Source: Candidatus Jacksonbacteria bacterium | GTDB taxonomy: Bacteria > Patescibacteriota > Patescibacteriia > UBA9629 > GWA2-43-13 | DNA length: 37,314 nt | Assembly: GCA_018698735.1 (NCBI GenBank) | Contig: JABIPD010000035.1 | Span: forward strand, 1-37,314 | Direction: 5' to 3' | In this document: piece by piece, positions 8,969 through 17,224 of the stretch | Numbering within the stretch: position 1 is the first letter of the stretch | How the letters are laid out: each line of letters opens with the position of its first letter | Translations under genes and position numbers: made by a program | Notes under the pieces: generated by a model | Told to the model about the DNA's origin: nothing | Database searches by the model: none | The model's input: only the letters and a program-made list of their open reading frames with translations

Positions 8969-8998
8969 ATCTTATTGCATATTGAAGCTATGTTTTTC

Positions 8999-9039
8999 CT
9001 ATTTGTATATTTGAACTTGATTTGTATATTCGCGATTAG
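8999..9039 (+). promoter_or_regulatory. Promoter-bearing arm, copy C. It points antisense into the 3' end of the S8 gene
   Basis: ctatttgtatatttgaacttgatttgtatattcgcgattag is 37/40 identical to D2 and ends directly at the S8 stop codon (9040-9042). Confidence 0.4.
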
Positions 9040-11352
9040 TTACCCTCCTAGTTGCACCGCTTTTCTCAGTGCTTTGCTAAAGACAAAAAATTGTTGAAGT
9101 AAATTTCCTGTGCTATTTACTATTTGTACCTGCGGACCGCCTCCGTCTTGTGGGACAGCAAAAATCTCATCGAAGCCATCGTTATTCGTATCCACAGCCA
9201 TACCGCTCAAGCCCGTTCGAAGGCCTGGTACAAATGCTGTAATTTCTTTTTGAAGATTCCCTGAGCTATCGAGCAGCTTTATCGCAGGCGTTTGCCGAGG
9301 AGCAGGATACACAAGAAGCATTTCGCTTTCAAAGCCTTCAAATAATCCAGAGGATAGTGTCATTCCTTTTACAAAGGCAATATCTGATTTTGGAAGAGCC
9401 TCTACTCCACCGAAGGCATTATATATGCGAAGCCCAAATTCTCTGGACCTTGATGCCAAAGCTGCTATTTCGTATATACCATTATTATCTTTATCTAAAA
9501 CTGTTATATCTACCCCAAGCCTACTTGATTCATCGCCAGCAAAAAACTGACTTGTAAGTTCGCCTGTTTCTCTAAATACTCGAATCATTGGTCCGCCGCC
9601 TTTTCCAGCAGCAACAATAATATCATCTTTCCCATTTCCGGTGACATCTGCCGATGCTAAGTTTAATCCTATGCGTGTTGCTTCTGGAAAACCTAAGAAA
9701 GACGAAATCATATTGCCCTGCTGATCAAAAATACGAATTTCGGGGAGGGCACTACTTGCAGGTGCGGTGATTATTTCTTGTACTCCGTCGTTGTCTACAT
9801 CGCCTAACACGACATTCACACCGGCTTTCATTTCTTTGTCGTATGCTAAAAATTCATGCTGCAATACCCCACCATAAGACCAGAGCCTAACCCATGGCTC
9901 AGCCCCTTTGGCAGATGCAGCAACAAAATATGAAGATGAAGAACTTTTCGCTTTTCTTTTTATCGCAGCTGCCTGAAAAACGGACACAGGGGCGAATTTT
10001 TTAATAGAAGAAAGTGTTTCTGCTATATTTAATCTCCCAAATCCAAGCTTACCTATCATATCTTGATTTTGAGCTACAACTGAATCGGAATTATAAATAA
10101 TGTAATCGTAAATTTCTTTTACCGATAAGCCTGGAGCATAACTTTTCACCAAGGCTGCCGCTCCGCTCACCATAGGTGCTGCAAACGACGTTCCGTTCCA
10201 TCCTCCGCTATAGGGCTTTTGCAAATCTGGGATACTTGCATTCCAAATTTGTGTGCTATAAATATTTTCTCCAGGCGCAACCAAATCTACACACGTTTTA
10301 CCAAAACTCGAAAATTCCGAGCGACGGTCTCTTTCGTTAACCGAGGCTACTCCTAGAATCCAATTTTTTCCGGATTTTTTTTCGTCTAAACAGCCAGGAA
10401 AAAGAGGCGTTACATCTAAATCACCGATCCCCTCAGATTCCGTATCTCCATCGTTTCCAACTGCTGCAACGATTACAACTCCGGCATCGTAGGCGTCTTT
10501 TATCGTTGCTTTTAATATATCGTCACTTAAGTGCCCAACAAAACTCATATTAATAACATCTGCGCCATTCTCCTTTGCGTACAATATTGCTTTTACAACA
10601 TCGAGTGTTGTTCCGTGCCCAAGGCCATTCAGAGCTTTAAGTCCCATTATCTGAACTTTATGAGAAATACCCGAAACACCAAGCGTGTTGTTTCCGCTTG
10701 CACCAATAATACCTGCAACAACCGTACCATGAGTAAGTCCCTCTATAGTGTAGCCCTTGCTATCTAATTTAGCTTCGGGGTGATACGTATTATGATTAAA
10801 ATCCCAACCATTTCTGTCGTCTACATATCCATTGTTGTCGTCATCTATTCCGTTGTTGGGTATCTCGTCTTCATTCATCCATATGTTCATTCGTAAGTCT
10901 GGATGGTCTATATCTACCCCCGTATCTATTACCGCGACGATAACGTCCTTGCTTCCTGTTGTAATATCCCAGGCTTCGAATGCTTTAATTTGTTTAAGAT
11001 AATGTTGTTCCGATGAAAATCTATCATTAACCGTCTGAGTAGCAACAGAAAAATTCTCAACATTGTTTGTGTTATATTGAACGCCTCGAGCAGATTTTAG
11101 CTCTTGTGGCTGATATGCAAAATTTGGTTGAACTAACTCAACACCTCTTTGCGACTGCCAATGCAAAATAGCATCTTCTTCAGATGCTATAGCCGAATTA
11201 TAATAGCGGAGCTCTGGAAATGGATTGTTGTGGTATTTAACGAGCAATTCTTTGTAATTAGAAGCAGCCGTATATGCTGGGAATCCAGAGATACTCGCTA
11301 GCGCAAATACAATCACTATAAAAATTTTCAAGCCATTTAAATGCCTTTTCAT
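9040..11352 (-). CDS. Secreted subtilisin-like serine protease (S8) with C-terminal FG-GAP/VCBS-type repeats
   Basis: Signal peptide MKRHLNGLKIFIVIVFALASISGFPAYTAA. Catalytic triad motifs VAVIDTGVDIDHPDL, HGTVVAGIIGA and GTSFAAPMVSGAAAL. Repeats include DVDNDGVQEI, DVTGNGKDDIIVAAGKGGGP and DTNNDGFDEIFAVPQDGGGP. Confidence 0.9.
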   Translation of the reverse strand: MKRHLNGLKIFIVIVFALASISGFPAYTAASNYKELLVKYHNNPFPELRYYNSAIASEEDAILHWQSQRGVELVQPNFAYQPQELKSARGVQYNTNNVENFSVATQTVNDRFSSEQHYLKQIKAFEAWDITTGSKDVIVAVIDTGVDIDHPDLRMNIWMNEDEIPNNGIDDDNNGYVDDRNGWDFNHNTYHPEAKLDSKGYTIEGLTHGTVVAGIIGASGNNTLGVSGISHKVQIMGLKALNGLGHGTTLDVVKAILYAKENGADVINMSFVGHLSDDILKATIKDAYDAGVVIVAAVGNDGDTESEGIGDLDVTPLFPGCLDEKKSGKNWILGVASVNERDRRSEFSSFGKTCVDLVAPGENIYSTQIWNASIPDLQKPYSGGWNGTSFAAPMVSGAAALVKSYAPGLSVKEIYDYIIYNSDSVVAQNQDMIGKLGFGRLNIAETLSSIKKFAPVSVFQAAAIKRKAKSSSSSYFVAASAKGAEPWVRLWSYGGVLQHEFLAYDKEMKAGVNVVLGDVDNDGVQEIITAPASSALPEIRIFDQQGNMISSFLGFPEATRIGLNLASADVTGNGKDDIIVAAGKGGGPMIRVFRETGELTSQFFAGDESSRLGVDITVLDKDNNGIYEIAALASRSREFGLRIYNAFGGVEALPKSDIAFVKGMTLSSGLFEGFESEMLLVYPAPRQTPAIKLLDSSGNLQKEITAFVPGLRTGLSGMAVDTNNDGFDEIFAVPQDGGGPQVQIVNSTGNLLQQFFVFSKALRKAVQLGG

Positions 11353-11377
11353 ATAAATCTAGTATATCACGCCCCTT

Positions 11378-11965
11378 TTATTTTTGATAATACTTATCCT
11401 GTGGCCATTTTATTGGGTTCATACCAATATATTCACGATGGTTTTTAAGATCTTCGTCGTTACGAATAATATGGTCATAAAATCGTGGTTGCCATTGGAA
11501 TGATGATCCGTGATTAGCGCGAATTTGTTTGGTTGAAACAATTTTTATTTGTTTAATAATATCACCAAGAGTCGATCTGTAGAGACGCTTTGGTAAAGCG
11601 TCTTCTTGTTTTTGTTGATCAAGACGCATCACCGATGCGTCTCTACGATCGGACATATTTCGTTCGGTATTCATCGGTAAAACATCATCATACGGACCAA
11701 TATGAATAATAACATGTACATGATTCGGCATAACAACAAAACTATCAATCAAAATATTCGTTCTTACCTCTTCTGTCTTTTTGATTTCCTTTTCAACAAT
11801 CTCACCGACCTCAGTCAGTACTACTTCATCGTCAATTATATTTGATAAAACACATTTCATATCCTTCACACACCATGTGACAAAGTAAAATCCTTCAGAC
11901 GAATAATCATAATGCTGATATCGAGAAGAATTAACTTTATAGGTATTTTTGTATAATTCAGACAT
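11378..11965 (-). CDS. rayT: REP-associated tyrosine transposase-like protein (RAYT, IS200-like Y1 HUH), paralogue 1
   Basis: HUH motif MPNHVHVIIHI and Tyr motif WQPRFYDHIIRNDEDL..YIGMNPIKW. An extended -10 (TGaTAATAT, 11980-11972) lies 6 nt from the ATG. Confidence 0.85.
   Translation of the reverse strand: MSELYKNTYKVNSSRYQHYDYSSEGFYFVTWCVKDMKCVLSNIIDDEVVLTEVGEIVEKEIKKTEEVRTNILIDSFVVMPNHVHVIIHIGPYDDVLPMNTERNMSDRRDASVMRLDQQKQEDALPKRLYRSTLGDIIKQIKIVSTKQIRANHGSSFQWQPRFYDHIIRNDEDLKNHREYIGMNPIKWPQDKYYQK
11579..11646. repeat. GTAG-REP doublet (REPIN-like) inside the RAYT1 coding sequence
   Basis: gtagagacgctttggtaaagcgtct, a 17-bp spacer, then aagacgcatcaccgatgcgtctctac. It is read in frame as RRDASVMRLDQQKQEDALPKRLY. 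Confidence 0.8.
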
Positions 11966-11982
11966 GAATACATATTATCAAT

Positions 11983-12050
11983 GTAGCGACTCTTTGGTAA
12001 AGCGCCTCCTTGCTTTTGTTAATAAAGACGCATCACCGATGCGTCTCTAC
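11983..12050. repeat. GTAG-REP doublet, intergenic copy 18 bp upstream of the RAYT1 ATG
   Basis: The left arm is degenerate (gtagcgactctttggtaaagcgcct). The right arm is identical to the in-ORF copies, and the spacer is similar to that of the RAYT1 in-ORF copy. Confidence 0.75.
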
Positions 12051-12064
12051 AAAAAACACAGATG

Positions 12065-12097
12065 AAATAAACGGCTCATCGTGTGAGCCGTTTATTT
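12065..12097. terminator. Bidirectional hairpin/terminator after the TPR gene, upstream of RAYT1
   Basis: 14-bp stem aaataaacggctca / tgagccgtttattt with a 5-nt loop. A near-identical hairpin lies at 22161-22195. Confidence 0.6.
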
Positions 12098-12109
12098 TTA
12101 CTGCCTCTT

Positions 12110-12787
12110 CTATATTAAACTATTTATTCTTTCTAACTCCCTCGCGTAAATTGCATTTTCTGGATCTTTTCCTGTTATCTCGAGCCATTTTACTTTTGCT
12201 TCTGCTAAGCGGCCTTGTTCCTCCAAAAACTGAGCATACTTAACGTGTAAATCTAAATGCTCACTCGCGTCTATAAGTGCCTCTATATATAAATCATTTA
12301 TCTCAGCAACACTTTTCTTAAGCACTTCTTCTTCAAAATCTATTCGCCATATCCAGGGGTCGGATCTAAAAGTCGTTTTTTGGGTTGCAAGTTTTATATG
12401 TTCATGAGCGGCATTGTAATCACCCATATCATTTTCTACCAGAAAGAGGCTAGCCCAAACTGAATAGCTCTCTGGGTTTAATTCGGATGCTTGAGTGTAG
12501 AAATCCAGGGCTTCTTTATACATTCCAAGACCGTAGTAGGCATTTCCTACGGCTGTTGCATATCTACTTTTTTCGGTATCAGCTGTTTCACCAGGCAATT
12601 CTTCTAGCAAAGTAATATATTCTTGCAGCTTTTCCTCTGACAGTTTTTTTTGCTCTTCGTCTAAGCCTGGGTCTTTGTAGTAAATAAATTCCTTTGGCGG
12701 CTGAACTGGTTCTTGGGAGACAAAAACATAGTATCCACCTGCTATTACAATAAGAATGCCTATTACAATAAGTGCTTTTTTTGACAT
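12110..12787 (-). CDS. Membrane-anchored TPR repeat protein
   Basis: ORF 12110..13021. Its N-terminal 78 codons cross REP elements, so the likely start is ATG 12787 (MSKKALIVIGILIVIAGGYYVF TM). TPR-like AYYGLGMYKEALDFY and similar repeats follow. Confidence 0.75.
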   Translation of the reverse strand: MSKKALIVIGILIVIAGGYYVFVSQEPVQPPKEFIYYKDPGLDEEQKKLSEEKLQEYITLLEELPGETADTEKSRYATAVGNAYYGLGMYKEALDFYTQASELNPESYSVWASLFLVENDMGDYNAAHEHIKLATQKTTFRSDPWIWRIDFEEEVLKKSVAEINDLYIEALIDASEHLDLHVKYAQFLEEQGRLAEAKVKWLEITGKDPENAIYARELERINSLI

Positions 12788-12914
12788 ATAAGTATAATTT
12801 AATGAATTAACCACCCCTCTTGCCCCCTCCTTGAAGCAAAAGGAGAGGAGATAAATCAAACATAGTATACCTATATTGAATGTGTTTTTCAAGGAGCTTT
12901 TAATCTCAAAAGGC

Positions 12915-12970
12915 AAGACGTCTCTACAAGGCACTAACTTTTTTCTGTAGAGACGTATTGCATACGTCTT
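12915..12970. repeat. GTAG-REP pair, head-to-head variant
   Basis: aagacgtctctac (12915-12927), a 19-bp spacer, then gtagagacgtattgcatacgtctt (12947-12970). Confidence 0.65.
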
Positions 12971-13002
12971 GTTTTTGCACATTAAGAACAATAAACTCCC
13001 CC

Positions 13003-13061
13003 GCCTGCCGAGGCCTGGCACTGGCGGGCAGGCCCCTACCCCCTCTTAAGCAAAGAGGGGG
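13003..13061. repeat. GC-rich REP-like hairpins (CCCCCTCT / AGAGGGGG family)
   Basis: Stems gcctgcc / ggcaggc (13003-13033) and ccccctct / agaggggg (13039-13061). The same hairpin type occurs at 34147-34169, with a degenerate copy at ~12811-12850. Confidence 0.6.
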
Positions 13062-13082
13062 AGGGAGGAAGAAACAACAAAC

Positions 13083-13109
13083 AAAAAACCGCCCCGAAGG
13101 ACGGTTTTT
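13083..13109 (-). terminator. Strong intrinsic terminator after the 1354-aa surface protein gene
   Basis: Minus strand reads aaaaaccgtcc-ttcg-gggcggtttttt, a UUCG-loop hairpin followed by a T-run (ttttttgtttgttg). Confidence 0.8.
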
Positions 13110-13159
13110 CGAACTTTTCGTATTCTCTGAGAGAATATTTAAAGTTTAGAACTATGCTG

Positions 13160-16100
13160 TTATCTGCTCAATACTTGAGTAGATGTTGGCAAGTTCTTAA
13201 CCTTTAGACCATTGGTCCAGTCAGTTGTGTTAGACGAGTGACTTTGGTCTGAAACGTCTGACCATACGAATGTTGCTGCTGCAGCAACTCCGCCTGTGAC
13301 AGGAAGGTTAATATCTGTTTCACCTGCGGCAACAGTAGAACTGACTGCATATCCATCTGTAGTTACTGTAATGGTATATGTAATATTCTTACTTGCTGAA
13401 TCGCTATAAGCCTCAGCTGTAGTATTGTCACCAGCTGTTGGAGCAACTCTGATAAGACTATCGGTACTATCTGTACATTCAATGAATCGTACAGTTTCGA
13501 TACCTTCACTAACAGCAACAACAGTTGTACCGTTGGCTGCATACATAACACAGGTTGCACCACCGTCAATATGTGTTCCAGTTACAGCTACAACGTCATT
13601 ACTGCCGTCAGAAGCCACAACAATAGTTTGCCCAGTGGTTACGCCAAATCCTTTTGTGATAAGACCATTACCTTCACCTGTAGTAAAGGCAGCGCTTGTA
13701 CTTCCAGCAACTGTCATTGAGTCTTGAGCTGTCAAACGGATGTCGTTTGCTGTAACAGTTGCACCTGCATCTGTGTCAGCGTAGTACACTGCTGAGTTTG
13801 TGTTAATCGGGAACGCAGCAGTCTGAGCAGCGAATGCTGAAGGCTGTGTGATTTGAACAGTGAGGTTGTCTCCAGCTGCTGGAGCACCGGCAATAGTAAC
13901 ACGCAATTCGTAGGTCTTAGAACCGCTAATTTGCTGTTCTGCGTCTGCTACGAAGTGGATTGCACCAGCTGTGTCGTTATCATCTTCAACACTTCCAGTA
14001 AACACGCCTGAACCAGCAATCTCGTTGTTATCTGAATCCCAGAGAGTTGGAGAGGCTAATGTGTCTGTACCACTAATACTCTTGGTTACCGTAAACAGTA
14101 ACTTCTGCCATGCAATAGTTCCTGTTCCATTTGTACCAACTGTAAACTTAGATACAACTTGTGTTCCAGTGTTAAGCACTGTTGTAGGTAATGTTACATT
14201 TGTAATGGTAGGAACAGCCTTGTACACGTACATTACATTACCAGGAGGGTTTGCTTGTGTTTCTGTAACAGCAGCAGAAGTACCTTGTGAGTTACGTGCA
14301 GTAGCAGCGGTAACAGTTGTAAGGACAGAAGCAGCAGAAGTACCTGCGCCAAATCCTACAGCACTTAACTGAAGCTCGATATCTATAACTTTTGTAGTGT
14401 TTGCAGCTACAGCAATAGAGACATCGTTAAAGCTTAAGTCTGTTGCAGGCTGAGTAGCAACAACAGTAGAGCCATCCTTAAGGATAACATTTGATACAGC
14501 GGTTGTGTCAGCAAGAGTTACAGTAATGTCTGTAATAGTGTAAGAGTCATTTGTAGTAGTAAACTTCCATGAACCTGTTTTCACGGTTCCTGAATCGTCT
14601 ACTAACTGTGAGGTAGGTGTTGAAGCGTCGATGTCAACAGCAATAGTTGCGGTACCAATTGTAATGGTTTGACCAGCAATAACACCTGTATCTGCTGATT
14701 GAGCAGAAGCTACGGTTGTACCAGTAACCTGTAAAGATGCGACTACAGTATCTGTAGCAACAAAGTCAGATCCGAGAGAACCATATACTTCAACAGCTAT
14801 CGATTCGTTCTTTGCAATGGTAATACTTGGAGACCAAGTATTAGTAGCAGCAGTGACAGATGATTTTACAGCAACTTGGCTATCGCCATACTTGATCCAC
14901 ACATCTGTTACGTCTGTTACATCTGCAGTTCCTACAACAGCAACATCTAAGTCGAAGGAAGTTACATTAATAGCCTCAGTTGAATCACCAGAGAGTTGGA
15001 ATGAAGCAATCTTAAGCGCAGTAATTGGATCCACAACTGTCTGATTAGGATAGTTTGTAGTTTTTGCCATTGCTAGTGAACCAGATGAAATAGTTAAACT
15101 ATTTGCAGCCTGGGTAGCTGATGGAACGTTAATTCCAGTAATAGACACAGCTGGAACAGCGTTTGCGCTTCCAAGTACTAAAGCAGCTTGAAGAGCAGTT
15201 ACTGCTGCGCTTGCAATCTGGTCTGTATCTTCGTTGTCGTACATATCTGCACGAGCTTCGATAGTTACAGTAGTACCCGATTTAACGGTGTAGTTTGTAG
15301 TAAAGCTTGTACCACTAGCATAGCTGTTTACAGCTGGAATAGTAGTAGTAGAACCTGCTTGTACTCCGTCGAACATAACACGACCGCTTCGGAAGCTAAC
15401 TTCTGAATCTGTAGCACCAGTTACATCGATACCAACTGTTAAGGTTTCAATTTTAATATCTTCACCATAAGCAGTTACGTCCCATGTTCCTAATACTGCA
15501 TCGGATGCTCCTAGAACTAAGTTAGCTGAAGGAGAATCTGCTCGTTTAACAACAGTTGTTGTCCCTGCGTTAACGGTAAATGCACTAGGACCAAATGGGA
15601 ATGTTCCAGTAGCGAGTACACCTACACCATAAGAAGAGTCAGTTACATCGATATCATAAGCTCCTCGAAGAGATAATCGAACAGTTCTACCTGAACCGCC
15701 TGTTACGTCTCCAATAACTTTAAGTGTTCGAGCACCTGTCTTTAAGTCGGTGTTTGTTGCGAAAGTAACATAACCGTTAGCATCGAGGCTATCGGTTGAT
15801 GCAATTTCTACTCCATCTGCAAGAAGTCGGAAGTTTCCGATATCTGCTGTTTTGATAGAACCAATCTGGCGTAATGCTAAACGAGTCAATGATACTGTTC
15901 GTTGAGCAATAGTAGAAGTACCCTGCCATAAAGTAATATCAACTCCTGGGTCTGTATTACCAGAACCAGTTGCAGAACTTAATGCATTGGTTGCAAGTGT
16001 TGCAGTTGCAACGCTATGTAACGCACCGTTTACTGGGAATGTACCAGAAACAGTGTCTCCTGTGTCGTTTGTAGTAATGTCGCTTGCAGAAACAATGCTC

Positions 16101-17224
16101 ATACCAACAATTTGACCAGAAGTACTTGCTGCGATATCAGATTTAATAGCAAGTGTTTTTGAAGCACCTGCTGCAAGAGTGATAATTCCTGTTGAAACTG
16201 CAAATGTTGCAGTACCTTCAGAAATTGAAGCACTGTCTGTTAACCGTGTTGCACCATCATAGATGTACAAAGCACTTGGAGTTGTATCTGCTGATACACC
16301 CACTCGGGTAACAGTTAAGGATGTAATTACTGCTTCGCTAGCTCCACCATTTGTAAAGGTGAAGTGTACGAGATCTGCAGCTCCCTGACCTGCAACGATT
16401 GTTGATGCGGCAGGACTGTCTGAAGCAACTGAAACAGAAAGACTTGTTGCTGCATCAGGAGTAGCAGCAATAGCAGCTACAGTTGGGGTTGAAAGCGTAC
16501 TATCTGCACCAGTAACTTGGTCACCGGCTGTAAGTGCTGCCAACACAGTATCTGAAACTGTTAATACAGAAGAAACGTCGAATCTGTTTGCTTCTGCTGC
16601 TGCAGTGCTAGAGAAAGCCATTTTACTTGTTACTCCATCTGAGACAGATACAAGGTAAAGGGTTTCATCGCCTGCTGATTTTACAAGTGTTCCATCTGGT
16701 ACTGAGTCTGTTGCTGTCCAGTCATCGCCTATTGGATAAGCGAATTTTTCTAGCAAGTTATCTGGTACCCATGTAACTCTTGCCCAATCTGTATCACTAT
16801 ATACAGCTTGGTATACGTCGCCAGAAACAACGGCTCTTAAAGAACCATTTTCTACAACATATACTGCGCTTGAATCGTTACCACCAAGGCTGGCTGCTGT
16901 TCCACGGAACAATGAACCATCTCGGAAGGCAACGGGGTTTCCTTCAGTGAACTGACTTAAGTCTGCTGTTGTTACAGTGCTAAAATCACCTGGGTAACCC
17001 CAAGAGAGATAAACATTGTAATGTGGGAATACATGGATACTTGTTCCATCATTTCCTACCAAGTAAACACCAGAACTTGCAGGAGATTTTACCAAATCGC
17101 CGGCTGCAGCTTGAGCGACCACTGGGACGCCTAAAAAGCTAAACAAACCAACTGACCACACAATAGTGGTAATGGTAAGACTCACTGAAAGAAATTTCTT
17201 TGAACGTTTTAGAACGTTACTCAT
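13160..17224 (-). CDS. Large secreted Thr/Ser/Ala/Val-rich surface protein (S-layer-like candidate), 1354 aa
   Basis: Signal peptide ...FLGVPVVAQA/AAG. Three ~60-aa N-terminal modules (G-x-L-V/F-K/R...VY-x-V) lie at about 16520-17100. The rest is long, low-charge, almost Cys-free beta-rich sequence. The gene has its own strong terminator and a long upstream non-coding region. Confidence 0.85.
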   Translation of the reverse strand: MSNVLKRSKKFLSVSLTITTIVWSVGLFSFLGVPVVAQAAAGDLVKSPASSGVYLVGNDGTSIHVFPHYNVYLSWGYPGDFSTVTTADLSQFTEGNPVAFRDGSLFRGTAASLGGNDSSAVYVVENGSLRAVVSGDVYQAVYSDTDWARVTWVPDNLLEKFAYPIGDDWTATDSVPDGTLVKSAGDETLYLVSVSDGVTSKMAFSSTAAAEANRFDVSSVLTVSDTVLAALTAGDQVTGADSTLSTPTVAAIAATPDAATSLSVSVASDSPAASTIVAGQGAADLVHFTFTNGGASEAVITSLTVTRVGVSADTTPSALYIYDGATRLTDSASISEGTATFAVSTGIITLAAGASKTLAIKSDIAASTSGQIVGMSIVSASDITTNDTGDTVSGTFPVNGALHSVATATLATNALSSATGSGNTDPGVDITLWQGTSTIAQRTVSLTRLALRQIGSIKTADIGNFRLLADGVEIASTDSLDANGYVTFATNTDLKTGARTLKVIGDVTGGSGRTVRLSLRGAYDIDVTDSSYGVGVLATGTFPFGPSAFTVNAGTTTVVKRADSPSANLVLGASDAVLGTWDVTAYGEDIKIETLTVGIDVTGATDSEVSFRSGRVMFDGVQAGSTTTIPAVNSYASGTSFTTNYTVKSGTTVTIEARADMYDNEDTDQIASAAVTALQAALVLGSANAVPAVSITGINVPSATQAANSLTISSGSLAMAKTTNYPNQTVVDPITALKIASFQLSGDSTEAINVTSFDLDVAVVGTADVTDVTDVWIKYGDSQVAVKSSVTAATNTWSPSITIAKNESIAVEVYGSLGSDFVATDTVVASLQVTGTTVASAQSADTGVIAGQTITIGTATIAVDIDASTPTSQLVDDSGTVKTGSWKFTTTNDSYTITDITVTLADTTAVSNVILKDGSTVVATQPATDLSFNDVSIAVAANTTKVIDIELQLSAVGFGAGTSAASVLTTVTAATARNSQGTSAAVTETQANPPGNVMYVYKAVPTITNVTLPTTVLNTGTQVVSKFTVGTNGTGTIAWQKLLFTVTKSISGTDTLASPTLWDSDNNEIAGSGVFTGSVEDDNDTAGAIHFVADAEQQISGSKTYELRVTIAGAPAAGDNLTVQITQPSAFAAQTAAFPINTNSAVYYADTDAGATVTANDIRLTAQDSMTVAGSTSAAFTTGEGNGLITKGFGVTTGQTIVVASDGSNDVVAVTGTHIDGGATCVMYAANGTTVVAVSEGIETVRFIECTDSTDSLIRVAPTAGDNTTAEAYSDSASKNITYTITVTTDGYAVSSTVAAGETDINLPVTGGVAAAATFVWSDVSDQSHSSNTTDWTNGLKVKNLPTSTQVLSR

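Larger units (their letters stand above)
8541..9039. mobile_element. Candidate IR-bounded cassette: 40-bp inverted arms (B and C) enclosing only the GxxExxY gene
   Basis: 8541-8579 is the reverse complement of 8999-9039, apart from a few mismatches and 1 indel. The interior is the 390-bp ORF plus ~30 bp. Confidence 0.4.

Noticed and set aside
12010-12243. Plus ORFs 12010..12243, 20004..20285 and 22137..22394, which share peptides such as KTHHRCVST.
   Set aside because: The shared peptide is just the GTAG-REP arm read in one frame. The remainder overlaps real minus-strand genes.
13160-13200. The C-terminal ..KNLPTSTQVLSR as a sortase LPxTG sorting signal.
   Set aside because: No Gly is at the motif position, and no hydrophobic segment with a basic tail follows it.
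13363-15406. Multiple 60-130-aa ORFs on both strands inside the 1354-aa gene; similar ORFs lie at 23370-32084 inside the 3376-aa gene.
   Set aside because: They are embedded in much longer uninterrupted ORFs with coherent domain structure. Their composition is typical of shadow frames.
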